Below are positions 8,998-19,334 of a DNA stretch of 38,792 bases, one piece after another. The stretch lies in the NCBI GenBank assembly GCA_964434845.1, contig CAYSWT010000006.1, positions 1 through 38,792 on the forward strand, in the 5' to 3' direction. How positions within the stretch are numbered: position 1 is the stretch's first letter; every line of letters starts with the position of its first letter. The notes below the pieces were generated by a model. It ran no database searches and was not told where the DNA came from. It was given only the letters and a program-made list of their open reading frames with translations. The DNA comes from an uncultured Atribacterota bacterium (GTDB lineage: Bacteria > Atribacterota > Atribacteria > Atribacterales > Atribacteraceae). Position numbers and translations under genes: made by a program.

Positions 8998-9183
8998 CTA
9001 AGTCTTTTCACATTGACCACCGCATTTTTTTCCACATCTTAAACACGTTAATCCCTGAAGAAGAGTCTCACGTTCTTGGGGAGTGAAAAAGCGGTTAATA
9101 ATTCGTTTATCAAGCAACCATATCTCCATGGGAATATCATTCAGAATGGTGCCTTTTTTGTCATGGTCATCTCTGTTTTTCAT
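8998..9183 (-). CDS. 61-aa cysteine-rich small protein (C-x2-C-x3-C-x3-C at the C-terminus)
   Basis: Start refined to the internal ATG at complement 9183, preceded by GAGGAGG (7-nt spacer). Sequence MKNRDDHDKKGT…LTCLRCGKKCGGQCEKT. Immediately downstream of livF. Confidence 0.5.
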   Translation of the reverse strand: MKNRDDHDKKGTILNDIPMEIWLLDKRIINRFFTPQERETLLQGLTCLRCGKKCGGQCEKT

Positions 9184-9290
9184 GTTATAACCTCCTCTCA
9201 CTATGAAACCAATGAAACCCAGTTCAAAAAAGGTTAAACCATTTATAAATGAAGAATGGATTGAAAAAGGGAAGCGGAGGGGGGACAAAC

Positions 9291-10016
9291 CTAATCTTCA
9301 CCTAAATACGCTTTTCGAACTTTTTCATCAAACAGTAACGCTTTCCCTTCGCCACTCGTAGAGATTCTCCCTGTTTCCATTACATAGGCAAAGTCAGAGA
9401 TTTCTAAAGCACCCCGAGCGTTTTGCTCGATGAGAAGAATAGTTGTTCCTTCTTGATTGATTTTCTCAATAATATGGAAAATTTCTCGAACCAGTAGCGG
9501 TGCTAAACCCAACGAAGGTTCATCCATCATCAACAATTGGGGACGTGACATAAGGGCACGACCCACTGCCAGCATTTGTTGCTCTCCACCACTGAGTGTT
9601 CCCCCTTTTTGCCAGGTTCTTTCTTTCAGTCGCGGAAATATGGTGAAAACCCAATCCATATCTTTTTTAATTTGATCAAAGTCTTTTCGAATATAGCACC
9701 CAAGAATAAGATTTTCCATAACAGTTAAATTAGGAAAAATTCTTCGTCCTTCTGGGACCATGGCAATCCCCATGCCCACAATGAGGTGGGCGGGAAGACC
9801 TGCAATAGGATGCCCATTAAATGTAATTGCCCCCTGTCGGGGATGAATAAGCCCGGAAACAGTTCTCAAAGTGGTACTTTTCCCTGCTCCATTGGCACCA
9901 ATCAGTGATACAATTTTTTTCTTTTCGACATTCAAACTGATTCCCTTCAGGGCATGTATTCCTCCATAATAAACATGAAGATTCTCTATTTTCAGTACGA
10001 TGTGGTCGTTGTTCAT
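9291..10016 (-). CDS. livF: Branched-chain amino acid ABC transporter ATP-binding protein LivF
   Basis: Walker A GANGAGKST. LSGGEQQML signature. 241 aa. Confidence 0.9.
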   Translation of the reverse strand: MNNDHIVLKIENLHVYYGGIHALKGISLNVEKKKIVSLIGANGAGKSTTLRTVSGLIHPRQGAITFNGHPIAGLPAHLIVGMGIAMVPEGRRIFPNLTVMENLILGCYIRKDFDQIKKDMDWVFTIFPRLKERTWQKGGTLSGGEQQMLAVGRALMSRPQLLMMDEPSLGLAPLLVREIFHIIEKINQEGTTILLIEQNARGALEISDFAYVMETGRISTSGEGKALLFDEKVRKAYLGED

Positions 10017-10796
10017 TTAACTTTCCACTCCCAGATAAGCCTCAATAACTTTTGGGTTTTTTCGTATATTACTTGGTGTGCCTTCGGCAATTTTTATCCC
10101 GAAATCCATCACCGCCACATTTTCACAGATCCCCATAACCACCTTCATGTCGTGTTCGATAAGAAAAATGGTCAAGTTGAACTCTTCTCGAATCTTTTGA
10201 ATAAAATTCATAAGATCCATGGTTTCGTGGGGGTTCATCCCTGCTGCTGGTTCATCTAACAACAAAAGTTTTGGATGAATTGCCAAGGCACGGGCAATTT
10301 CTAATCTTCTCTGTTGACCATAGGGAAGACTCTTGGCTTCCTCTCGAGAAAGTTCTGCCAATCCCACAGCTTCGAGCAATCGATATCCCTCTTCTCTCAT
10401 GGCTTTTTCCGCTGAAACATAGGCAGGACTTCTCCACATAGCACCGAGAAAAGAATTTTTTAAACCCATATGAAACGAAACCATGACATTGTCCAATACC
10501 GAAAGGTTTCCAAACAGACGAATATTTTGAAAGGTTCGGGATATACCGAGCGATGTGATCTCATGGGGAGGAAGACCATTGAGAATGTGGTTCAAAAAAA
10601 CGACCTTCCCTTTAGATGGAATATATTGCCCGGTAATCATATTAAAAATGGTGGTTTTTCCAGCGCCATTCGGTCCAATCAAACCCGCCAAATCACCGGA
10701 CTGTAGGGAAAAATTAAAATCATTCACCGCGATCAACCCTCCAAAAATCATGGTAAGTCCGTTTATAGAAAGGAGGGTTTGTGTCTGCTCATTCAT
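10017..10796 (-). CDS. livG: Branched-chain amino acid ABC transporter ATP-binding protein LivG
   Basis: Walker A GPNGAGKTT. LPYGQQRRLEIARAL signature. LivG-type C-terminal extension. Confidence 0.9.
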   Translation of the reverse strand: MNEQTQTLLSINGLTMIFGGLIAVNDFNFSLQSGDLAGLIGPNGAGKTTIFNMITGQYIPSKGKVVFLNHILNGLPPHEITSLGISRTFQNIRLFGNLSVLDNVMVSFHMGLKNSFLGAMWRSPAYVSAEKAMREEGYRLLEAVGLAELSREEAKSLPYGQQRRLEIARALAIHPKLLLLDEPAAGMNPHETMDLMNFIQKIREEFNLTIFLIEHDMKVVMGICENVAVMDFGIKIAEGTPSNIRKNPKVIEAYLGVES

Positions 10797-11841
10797 TTTG
10801 GGGTTTACCTCTTTTGAACAAATTCATAATCAAGTCCCAGGATAATTCTTTCGTACCAAATAGTCCACGACGATAGAATATCATCATTATCACCAACAAA
10901 GCTGAAAAAGCCACCATTCTCATTCCGGGAATACCAGGTATGGTAAAGGAACCAATGGTATGAGGAGCTTCGACTTCGCGAAGAATTTCCTGTAAAAAGG
11001 CAAAAATAAAAGCCGTGACGACTGAGCCGGTGATGCTCCCCAGACCACCTAAGACAACAATGATCAACAGGTTAAAGGTCATGGAAAAGGTAAATAATGT
11101 CGGTGACACGGTACTGATCAGGGTAACAAACAACCCACCAGCAACTCCGGCAAAGAAACCGCTTAAAGTAAAAGCCATCAGTTTCATCCGAAACGGATTG
11201 ACTCCCATGGCTTGAGCGGCGATCTCGTCTTCACGAATCGCTTTGAGTGCCCGTCCAAAGCTGGAATTCACCAGACTGCAAATAAGGTAGACCGTTAGAA
11301 AGGCCAATCCTCCTGTCCACCAGAGATTGGTGTATTCCGGAATCCCCTTAATGCCCAGGGCGCCATTGGTGAGAGGAATGAAATTATTCGCTAAAACGAA
11401 GATGATTTCACTGAATCCAAAAGACGCGATTGCCAGATAATCTCCTCGCAATCTGAGGGTGGGTACACCGATGAGAAGAGCACCTCCAGCGGCGATCAAG
11501 CCCCCCAGGATTAAGCTCACGATAAACAGGTAGGAAGGAAAAGTAATGACGCTAAAAGGCCAAATAAGCGGGGTTAAGAAATAGACTTGTTGTTTTTGAA
11601 CCACCGGCAGCATCAACAGTGCCACGGTATATCCGCCCAGAGCCATAAAACCATTGGGACCAAGGGAGAATTGACCGGCAATACCATTTATTAAATTGTA
11701 GGCAACAGCGGCGATGACATAAATAAACGCAGTGTTTAAAATTCGAATAATATACGCATTTAAATAATTTTGGGCAATCCACAGTCCAAAAAGCAAAATA
11801 ACGAAGAGAATGGCAGTCAGTAGGTAATCTCTTTTCCCCAT
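10789..11841 (-). CDS. livM: Branched-chain amino acid ABC transporter permease LivM
   Basis: Polytopic permease. Position and size (350 aa) within the liv operon. Confidence 0.85.
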   Translation of the reverse strand: MGKRDYLLTAILFVILLFGLWIAQNYLNAYIIRILNTAFIYVIAAVAYNLINGIAGQFSLGPNGFMALGGYTVALLMLPVVQKQQVYFLTPLIWPFSVITFPSYLFIVSLILGGLIAAGGALLIGVPTLRLRGDYLAIASFGFSEIIFVLANNFIPLTNGALGIKGIPEYTNLWWTGGLAFLTVYLICSLVNSSFGRALKAIREDEIAAQAMGVNPFRMKLMAFTLSGFFAGVAGGLFVTLISTVSPTLFTFSMTFNLLIIVVLGGLGSITGSVVTAFIFAFLQEILREVEAPHTIGSFTIPGIPGMRMVAFSALLVIMMIFYRRGLFGTKELSWDLIMNLFKRGKPQNE

Positions 11842-11854
11842 TTTTTTTTATGAC

Positions 11855-12748
11855 TTACACCTTTTCCTTTAGAGTTTCTCCCATTATGCCGTTCGGTTTG
11901 ATGATAAGAAAGAGAATGAGAAGCCCAAAAACAAATGCATCTCTATAACCGGTAAGTCCGGGAAAGAAAGCAGCAATGAGAATTTCTGCCAGGCCAATAA
12001 TGAAGCCTCCGATCATCGCACCCACCACATTGCCAATGCCACCGACCACTGCGGCGGTAAATGCTTTCCACCCCGGGAAAATACCCATTAAGGGGTTGAT
12101 TTGCGGAAATTTAGCAGCCCACATCACCCCTCCCGCGGCAGCCAATGCCGAACCCAGCGCAAAGGTATACAGGATGATTTGATCGATATTGACTCCCATC
12201 AAGCGGGTGGTTTCCATATCTCGTGCAACTGCACGCATTGCTATTCCAACTTTGGTTTTATAAACGATATAAAGCAAAACCATTAAAATACATATACTGA
12301 TGATAGGAACCCAAAAAGTGACCCCCTGTATTTTAGCACCAGCGATGATATAGACATTTTTCATCAAATCTGGTCGGGGAAAACCCTTTGGTCTCGCCCC
12401 TAAAACCACCAGACCCAGGTTTTCAATAAAGTAAGAGACTCCAACGGCGGTAATCAATGCCGAAATACGAGGAGCGTTTCGTAGTGGTCGATAGGCGACC
12501 CGTTCAATCGTCATCCCCACAATGGCACATAAAACAATACTGATGAGAACCGAAAGCCACCAGGGAAGCATAAAAATCACGATCATAAAAAAGGCAAAAT
12601 AGGTGCCCAGCATAAATACATCGCTATGAGCAAAATTAATCAAACTGAGAATGCCATAGACCAAAGTATAACCGATGGCGAGCAAAGCATAAAGACTCCC
12701 CAGCGAAAATCCATTCATGAGCTGTTGGAAAAACTGAGCAAAACTCAT
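11855..12748 (-). CDS. livH: Branched-chain amino acid ABC transporter permease LivH
   Basis: Polytopic permease, 297 aa. Position in the operon. Confidence 0.85.
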   Translation of the reverse strand: MSFAQFFQQLMNGFSLGSLYALLAIGYTLVYGILSLINFAHSDVFMLGTYFAFFMIVIFMLPWWLSVLISIVLCAIVGMTIERVAYRPLRNAPRISALITAVGVSYFIENLGLVVLGARPKGFPRPDLMKNVYIIAGAKIQGVTFWVPIISICILMVLLYIVYKTKVGIAMRAVARDMETTRLMGVNIDQIILYTFALGSALAAAGGVMWAAKFPQINPLMGIFPGWKAFTAAVVGGIGNVVGAMIGGFIIGLAEILIAAFFPGLTGYRDAFVFGLLILFLIIKPNGIMGETLKEKV

Positions 12749-12842
12749 TATTCAACCCTCTTTGTCCAAGATACTGATTCCTACTTTTTCGTTCTATTGT
12801 ACTCAATAGGTTCAATAAAAAAAAGTGATAAAACAAAAAAGA

Positions 12843-12867
12843 GGGGACGGGTTAATCCCCCGTCCCC
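12843..12867 (-). terminator. Intrinsic terminator/attenuator between livK and livHMGF
   Basis: On the minus strand: GGGGACGGG-attaa-CCCGTCCCC stem followed by UCUUUUUUGUUUUAU, directly after the livK stop. Confidence 0.75.
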
Positions 12868-12876
12868 ATTTTCATC

Positions 12877-14019
12877 TTACTTAACAACAACCGTTCCTAA
12901 GAGTTTCACTACACCACCCTCGACTTGTTTGACGACGACGGGTTTCTGGGCATCTCCGTTTTCAATGGTGACTTTCCCAGTGGTTACTTCAAGGTCTTTG
13001 GTATCTTCTATAGCAGCAGCGATTTTTTCTGGTTCAAAGGAATTCGCGCGTTTAATAGCGTCCATAATAATTAAATAGCAATCGGCGGCTAAGGCTCCAA
13101 ATACACCAGGTTCCTTATTATACTTCTTTCGGTAGGCATCAAAGTACTTCTGCCCGATTTCAGTCAACGCTTTTTGGGTATCACCATGGGCGGTGAAGTA
13201 GAATCCTTCCACTGCATCGCCACCGATAGCAATTAGTTCCGGAGCATCAGAACCATCTCCACCCAGGATCTTTCCTTCAAAACCAAGGTCACGAGCCTGA
13301 CGGCAAATCAATGCGATTTCGGTATAGTAGTTCGGGAGATACAAAATGTCCGGATTCAAATTTAGAATGGTAGTTAATTGAGCGGAGAAATCCTGGTCAC
13401 CGGATTTACAATTTTGAACGGTCAGTACTTTCCCTCCCTTTTTCTCATAGGCATCTTTGAAGAAATTTCCCAATGCAACACAATAGTCCTGGGCGATATC
13501 AGAAAGAATGGCCACGGTTTTCCCCTGAAGATCTTCATAGGCAAATTGAGCTGCAGCCACCGCTTGGTAGGAATCGATAAACGTCGCTCGGAATGAGTAC
13601 TTCTTCCCCTGGGTTACCAACGGGTTGGTGGCAGTCGCTGATATCTGCGGAACCTTTCTCTCCTCGCAGATCGGACCGGCGGCCAACATGTTTCCGCTGG
13701 TGGCTGAACCGATGATAGCGATTACTTTCTCTTTGTCGATAAGACGGGTAGCCGCATTGGCAGCTTCCACCTTATCGCTCTTGTTGTCAACTACGACATA
13801 TTCGACTTGCTTTCCTAATACTTCGGTGCCGACTATTTCCCTAATGAGTTCAACACCTTCATTCTCCATTTGACCGTAAGCGGCTACTCCTCCGGTCATT
13901 TCCAGGTTGGCTCCGATTTTAACCGTATCTTGTGCATAAACCGGTAAAGACAAAACAAGAAACATCATAAATAAAATTCCCAAACAATAAAATTTCTTCA
14001 AAGCCATTTCCCCCTTCAT
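12877..14019 (-). CDS. livK: Branched-chain amino acid ABC transporter substrate-binding protein (LivK/LivJ family)
   Basis: Signal peptide. Periplasmic-binding-protein type I features. 380 aa. First gene of the liv operon. Confidence 0.85.
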   Translation of the reverse strand: MKGEMALKKFYCLGILFMMFLVLSLPVYAQDTVKIGANLEMTGGVAAYGQMENEGVELIREIVGTEVLGKQVEYVVVDNKSDKVEAANAATRLIDKEKVIAIIGSATSGNMLAAGPICEERKVPQISATATNPLVTQGKKYSFRATFIDSYQAVAAAQFAYEDLQGKTVAILSDIAQDYCVALGNFFKDAYEKKGGKVLTVQNCKSGDQDFSAQLTTILNLNPDILYLPNYYTEIALICRQARDLGFEGKILGGDGSDAPELIAIGGDAVEGFYFTAHGDTQKALTEIGQKYFDAYRKKYNKEPGVFGALAADCYLIIMDAIKRANSFEPEKIAAAIEDTKDLEVTTGKVTIENGDAQKPVVVKQVEGGVVKLLGTVVVK

Positions 14020-14197
14020 TTCAAAATTTGTATAAAAGTATCACCTCAATGAGATTCTTGTCAAGGATAATGTGTTTAAAAAGAGGCAAGAACCAATAAT
14101 TTTTCCGTCAACTGAGGATCGACCAATAAACCCTCTCTTGTTTCCCCTGCTGATGAATTGACAGAGTATTCACACAGATTCATAATATGCAAATAAA

Positions 14198-14293
14198 TAG
14201 ACATTCATGCCCATGGTTATTGCTCCTTGAAAGTAGGTTGAGTTTTCATCTTTCAGATGGTGCCAAGGTGTTTTCCTGGCATGAATGTCTATA
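14198..14293 (-). repeat. Copy 2 of the structured repeat family (MITE-like, 15-bp perfect terminal inverted repeats ATAGACATTCATGCC / GGCATGAATGTCTAT)
   Basis: TIRs at 14198-14212 and 14279-14293. Core ACCATCTGAAAGATGAAAACTCAACC present in reverse orientation. Sits in the divergent livK / flavodoxin promoter region. Confidence 0.8.
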
Positions 14294-14336
14294 AAGTGGT
14301 TGAGAAAAGGATAAATTTCATGGAGGATAAAGAATC

Positions 14337-14786
14337 ATGAATTCACTTATCATCTGCATATCTCCTCATCATGGGAATACTGAAAAAATAGCCCGCGCTA
14401 TGGCCGAAGTTTTGCAATCACCAGTGGTTACTCCCGAGCAGTTCAATATTCAATCTCTCGATCGGTATGATCTGATCGGTTTGGGATCCGGAATTTACTA
14501 TGGAAAACATCATGATCAACTTTTCTCTTTACTGGAACGCATCCCTCAACTCAACAAAAAAGTCTTCATCTTTTCGACCAGCGGTACCGGTTCTATTCGC
14601 AGTCATGACGCCCTTAAAAAGATATTAAAAGAAAAAGGGGGTGAAATTGTAGCCGATTTTGCCTGTAAGGGGTTTGACACCTTTGGGCCTTTCAAGCTTG
14701 CAGGTGGGATAAACAAAGGGTGTCCTGATCAAAACGATCTCAACCAGGCACGCTCTTTCGCCCAATCCTTGTTCGGAAAAACATAG
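14337..14786 (+). CDS. Flavodoxin-like protein
   Basis: N-terminal IICISPHHGNTEKIA (flavodoxin phosphate-binding-loop-like). 149 aa. Confidence 0.6.
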   Translation: MNSLIICISPHHGNTEKIARAMAEVLQSPVVTPEQFNIQSLDRYDLIGLGSGIYYGKHHDQLFSLLERIPQLNKKVFIFSTSGTGSIRSHDALKKILKEKGGEIVADFACKGFDTFGPFKLAGGINKGCPDQNDLNQARSFAQSLFGKT

Positions 14787-14797
14787 GAGAAGGATAT

Positions 14798-15661
14798 ATG
14801 AACCGCAGGGAAATATTCTCTCTCTTATTCCTGATCTTTCTCGCTTTCTTCGCATCGATTGTTTTTGCCGGCGAGGAAAAAATGAATACCCCGAATACAA
14901 TTGATCTCGAAAAAGCCCTCAACCAAGCATCGGTTCGTTTCCATGAAGTCCAGAAACTCCTCTCCCTGATGAAAAACATGGAAAATCAACTCTCCCAAAC
15001 CACCCGATTCCTTTCCAACACCAAGAGTTATTTAAATCAGATAGAAAATACCTTGTGGAATTATCGCCAACATATACTTGACCTGCAAGGAAACGTAACC
15101 CAGCTCATCATTTTTTGCAAAGATTCTCCCTCAGAACAAAAATGGTCTTCACTTTCCAATGAAGAGAAAAAGGAACTGCTTGAGGCAATACAAAGAGTGT
15201 TTGACACATCCTACGTAACGCTTCAAGAAGGCGATACCCTCCTCTCTCATCTCCCTGATCTCAGTCTGGAAAGGGAGAAAATGCTCATCGATGATATGGG
15301 TCCCTCCCAAAAAAACTACCAAAGTCTTTCGAACCGGTCTGTTAATCGGCTTACAGAAATTCAGATACTCCTTTCTCCTTTCTCTTCCTTTTCAGAAACC
15401 CACACTTTGTTAAAAAAGAGTCAGGTTCTTCTCCAAGAAATCAAACATTCCACTACCATTTGGAATAATACCTGCTCGAAAAACCAAGATCGGTTCCGGG
15501 ATATCAAAAAGATGGTGAAAAATATTCGCGACACCATCCAGTATATCCAATTGATGATGACCGATACCGAAAAGAAACTCGATCGACTCAATAATGACTA
15601 TGGCTCTTGTCTTGAATTCTTATTCAACGATATACATTCAGGGTCTCAAACAAAGTCATGA
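14798..15661 (+). CDS. Secreted alpha-helical/coiled-coil hypothetical protein
   Basis: Signal peptide MNRREIFSLLFLIFLAFFASIVFA. Heptad-rich Q/L/N composition. Good RBS AGGAGAAGG. Confidence 0.5.
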   Translation: MNRREIFSLLFLIFLAFFASIVFAGEEKMNTPNTIDLEKALNQASVRFHEVQKLLSLMKNMENQLSQTTRFLSNTKSYLNQIENTLWNYRQHILDLQGNVTQLIIFCKDSPSEQKWSSLSNEEKKELLEAIQRVFDTSYVTLQEGDTLLSHLPDLSLEREKMLIDDMGPSQKNYQSLSNRSVNRLTEIQILLSPFSSFSETHTLLKKSQVLLQEIKHSTTIWNNTCSKNQDRFRDIKKMVKNIRDTIQYIQLMMTDTEKKLDRLNNDYGSCLEFLFNDIHSGSQTKS

Positions 15662-16886
15662 GATTCGCTATCGGTATATTGGCCTGAATGTTATGAACCG
15701 CATTCCACACATAACCGCTCCCCGCACCAAATATACCGATGAACCGTTTCACCTCTTCCCTGATTTCATCGGGTGATCCGAAGGGAAGAGTATGTTGGGT
15801 GTTAATACCACCTCCCCAAAAAGTAAACCATTTCCCATACTGTTCTTTCAGCTGAACCGGATCCATATCGAATGCTGATATCTGCACTGGATTGAGAATA
15901 TCGAATTCTGCTTCATGGAGATCAGGGACCAGACCACGGATCGATCCGCAGGTATGGATAAACGTCTTCCAGGTGGTATGTTCGTGGACCCAGCGATTGA
16001 CCATGGTATGATAGGGCTTGAAAAGTTCGCGATATAGGTCCTGAGAAATGAAAAGGCCGTGTTGAGACCCGAAATCGGCTGCCGAAATAACTATGATCTG
16101 TATCTTTTCGCCGACTGCTTGGTGAAACAGTCGTAAATTTTCCAGCGCGATGTCGGTCATTCGAGCAAATACCTCTTTTAAAAATTCCTTTCGAGTCATC
16201 AAAGAGATATACCATTCCTCTACATCTCGAATGCCTTTGGGATCAGGAAGTGCACACCCTGGAATATGAGCAATATCACCCAAGTTGGTTCCGGACACTC
16301 CCCGTGAAATGATTCCATAATCAGTTTCTTGATAGAGCCGATTTACTTCCGATTCATAATAAACAAGATGCTCTTCTTTCATAATCGTGTATTCTTCGGT
16401 TTGATTGGCAACGGTGAGTTCATCGTCAACAACCTCTTTTTTTCTAATAATGGCATCATGGTAAAAACCGCCGTGCGGCATTCTCGCTGAGGGCTGGAAC
16501 CGCCGATCTCCCCGTGGATATTGAACAATGTCTCCCCGATCATCTGGTTCCGTATTAAATTTTTGCGGGACCATAACTGGCGTTCCATCAAAAAGTCGCC
16601 ATGGTTTCCAGTTGGCATTTTCGAAACCAAAAGAATTTCCAGGTGATGACAACGGGATGGTATCAATCTGTAATTTCCGGCGGAGTTGGTTATCCACTTC
16701 TCCTAACATCAAAAAAGGGTTGCTTACCTTCACCGGTTTATGGGGGGAGAGAAGACCCAGGGCGACCTTCAAGGCATGAAGGCTGCTCACATGAATTCCG
16801 GTTACACTGGTACCGCCCAGATCGAATGGAATTCGATCGACGGGTTTGTGGTTCAATGCCGCTATTAATCGTTCACGCGATGTCAT
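15624..16886 (-). CDS. Uroporphyrinogen decarboxylase (URO-D) family protein (MtaA/CmuA-like methyltransferase or decarboxylase)
   Basis: N-terminal RERLIAALNHKPVDRIPFDLGG typical of the URO-D family. 420 aa. Confidence 0.55.
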   Translation of the reverse strand: MTSRERLIAALNHKPVDRIPFDLGGTSVTGIHVSSLHALKVALGLLSPHKPVKVSNPFLMLGEVDNQLRRKLQIDTIPLSSPGNSFGFENANWKPWRLFDGTPVMVPQKFNTEPDDRGDIVQYPRGDRRFQPSARMPHGGFYHDAIIRKKEVVDDELTVANQTEEYTIMKEEHLVYYESEVNRLYQETDYGIISRGVSGTNLGDIAHIPGCALPDPKGIRDVEEWYISLMTRKEFLKEVFARMTDIALENLRLFHQAVGEKIQIIVISAADFGSQHGLFISQDLYRELFKPYHTMVNRWVHEHTTWKTFIHTCGSIRGLVPDLHEAEFDILNPVQISAFDMDPVQLKEQYGKWFTFWGGGINTQHTLPFGSPDEIREEVKRFIGIFGAGSGYVWNAVHNIQANIPIANLMTLFETLNVYR

Positions 16887-17061
16887 ACAGTATTCACCTC
16901 ATTTATATCATACTGTCTAAAAAGAATGCTAACATGACTCTTTATGCCGCAATCAATATACCATTTCCCGATCCTTTTTTGAAAATTCAACCCCATTTCC
17001 TCTTTTTCAAGTATAATAATAAATGAATAATGAGTGCTTTTGAAAGGATATCGATATACTA

Positions 17062-17919
17062 ATGAAACTCAGCTTTATGGTTCTCATATGTTCTATGGGT
17101 GTTATGCTCTCTTCCACTCCCTCTTTGGGAATCACTCTGTTATATACTCGCGAGATACCGGATGAGCTTCATTTGGTCGTCCCGGCGTTGATTTCCGTTT
17201 GGCAGGATCCCGATACTGGGAATATTATTTCCAATCGACTGGGAGAAACCAGGATTCTTATTACCAAAAATGTACCCCAAGGCTCTGAAAAAACCGAAGA
17301 AACCGTTCCCGAAGAAAATACCCCCTCTCCCCCTGTCCCAGCTGAAATCACCCCGGAATCCCCATCTCCTCCCAAACTGAATCAACCAATCCCAGAAGAG
17401 AAAAAACCAAAGGGGTGGGTCACCTTGGGAAAGGGTTTGGTAAGTGGAATCGATGGAGAGTATTCCATCAATGAGCAAAGCATTCGTCCCCTGAACATTA
17501 CCGATAATCAATATATTTATTATCGTTCTCAATACCTGATCAACGAGACTGATACATATCGAGTCAACCGGATTATCCAAACGGTGATCCGTTTCATAAT
17601 CGATCAGGGTGAGACCATACCGAATACCACCCCTTTCAACGTCAACGGAACCCTATGGATCGTCCCCCTCACTGAAAACGACCGGAATTGGTCGGTGGAA
17701 AGTATCCAGGAAGACATTCTCGCCGATCCCACCAACTCTCGTTGCTTGATCCAAAAAAGATATTACTACGCAACCAATCAAAAACTCATAGCGGTTGCCA
17801 TTCTCAGCGATACCCCACGCCAACAGGATGAAATCGAATCAAAACCTTGGACAACTATTTCCATGAATACTCCATTGTATCGCATGCTTGAATATGCACA
17901 AAAATTTCTCTCTCCTTAA
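17062..17919 (+). CDS. Secreted proline-rich hypothetical protein
   Basis: Signal peptide. PEENTPSPPVPAEITPESPSPPKLNQPIPEEKKPK linker. Confidence 0.45.
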   Translation: MKLSFMVLICSMGVMLSSTPSLGITLLYTREIPDELHLVVPALISVWQDPDTGNIISNRLGETRILITKNVPQGSEKTEETVPEENTPSPPVPAEITPESPSPPKLNQPIPEEKKPKGWVTLGKGLVSGIDGEYSINEQSIRPLNITDNQYIYYRSQYLINETDTYRVNRIIQTVIRFIIDQGETIPNTTPFNVNGTLWIVPLTENDRNWSVESIQEDILADPTNSRCLIQKRYYYATNQKLIAVAILSDTPRQQDEIESKPWTTISMNTPLYRMLEYAQKFLSP

Positions 17920-18005
17920 CCGGTTTTTTTCGTCTTGATAATCAATACTTACTAAATTGATTTTTTTATAAAAGGAAAGATTATAAGGGAGATTAAAAAA
18001 AAGCG

Positions 18006-19334
18006 ATGGAGATTGAAACCAATTCACTTTATTTCAAGGAAATTCCGTTAGGTCTTTTCGCCATACATCCAGAAGGGCAGATTATCGAAACCAACTCATT
18101 TTTCGTTGAAGTTTTAGAATTTAACCCCAACCAAAAAAACTTTTATCACCTCTTTGCCTCTCCTGCTGATAGTTTAACTTGGCATACCTTATTAGAAACC
18201 AAGGGAGTACTAACCGGATTTGAAACCCAGTTGGTCAATGCACATTCTCAACCGATATGGGTTGAAATCAACGCCCGGGAAGTAAAAAATACGTTCGATC
18301 ACACTCTTTTCTATGTGGGAAGTATTCAAAACATCTCCAATCGAAAACAACTGGAGAATGAGACCGACAGAAAAAAAAATGAATTCTTGACCATATTGAA
18401 TCACATTCCCCATCCCTTGTATATTTCCGATCCCGACACCCACGCGCTCTTGTTTATCAATCAAGCTCTCCATCAAAAATTGGGAAATGTTGTAGAACAA
18501 AAATGTTATCGAGTTTTGCATGGTTATCAATCTCCGTGTATTTTTTGTACCAATCAGACCATCTTCGAAGACCGGAAAAATGAAACTCTTATATGGGATT
18601 TTTTTAATCAGAATGAAAAACGCTGGTATCGTTGCATCGACAAGGCTATTCCCTGGCCTGACGGACGTACCGTGCGGTATGAAATGGCCATTGATATTAC
18701 CAAAGAAAAAAGAATCGAAATCCAGTTTAAAATGACTTTAGAAAATCTCCAAAAGACGTTTGAAGGAACGGTGCAGGCCATTTCCGATATGGTCGAAATG
18801 AGAGACCCCTATATTACTGGCCATCAGAAGCGGGTGGCTCAACTGGCCTGTGCCATAGCCAAAGAGATGGGTTATTCTCCAGAAAGAATCAACGGGATCC
18901 GTATCGCCGGGCTTCTTCATGATATCGGAAAAATTTATCTCCCTCGTGAAATTCTCTGGAAACCACATCATCTCACCGATATTGAATTCAACATGATAAA
19001 AAACCATCCCGAAGTTGGTTATCAGATATTAAAAAACATCCATTTCCCCTGGCCAGTGAATAAAATTATTCTTCAACACCATGAGAAACTGGACGGTTCC
19101 GGATATCCAAAGGGACTCACTCAGGAAAGCATCCTTCCCGAAGCCAAGATATTGATGGTTGCCGACACCATCGAAGCCATGATATCCAATCGCCCCTACC
19201 GGAGTTCTCTTCATCTGGAAGAAGCGCTCCAGGAAATTCTCCGCTATAAAAACACCCGTTACGATGCTGACGTGGTTGATACCTGTCTCTTGCTCTTTAC
19301 CAAAAAGGAATTTCAATTCGAACCAGGAAATTAA
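18006..19334 (+). CDS. PAS-domain-containing HD-GYP c-di-GMP phosphodiesterase
   Basis: HD motif LHDIGKIYLP. HHEKLDGSGYPKG (GYP) motif. N-terminal PAS-like repeats. Confidence 0.8.
   Translation: MEIETNSLYFKEIPLGLFAIHPEGQIIETNSFFVEVLEFNPNQKNFYHLFASPADSLTWHTLLETKGVLTGFETQLVNAHSQPIWVEINAREVKNTFDHTLFYVGSIQNISNRKQLENETDRKKNEFLTILNHIPHPLYISDPDTHALLFINQALHQKLGNVVEQKCYRVLHGYQSPCIFCTNQTIFEDRKNETLIWDFFNQNEKRWYRCIDKAIPWPDGRTVRYEMAIDITKEKRIEIQFKMTLENLQKTFEGTVQAISDMVEMRDPYITGHQKRVAQLACAIAKEMGYSPERINGIRIAGLLHDIGKIYLPREILWKPHHLTDIEFNMIKNHPEVGYQILKNIHFPWPVNKIILQHHEKLDGSGYPKGLTQESILPEAKILMVADTIEAMISNRPYRSSLHLEEALQEILRYKNTRYDADVVDTCLLLFTKKEFQFEPGN

Noticed and set aside
9184-9288. The upstream 35 codons of the track's 96-aa ORF (MSPLRFPFSIHSS…) as coding
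   Set aside because: A near-consensus RBS precedes the internal Met at 9183, and none precedes the upstream Met. The upstream part would also abut the larC stop with a 13-bp gap.
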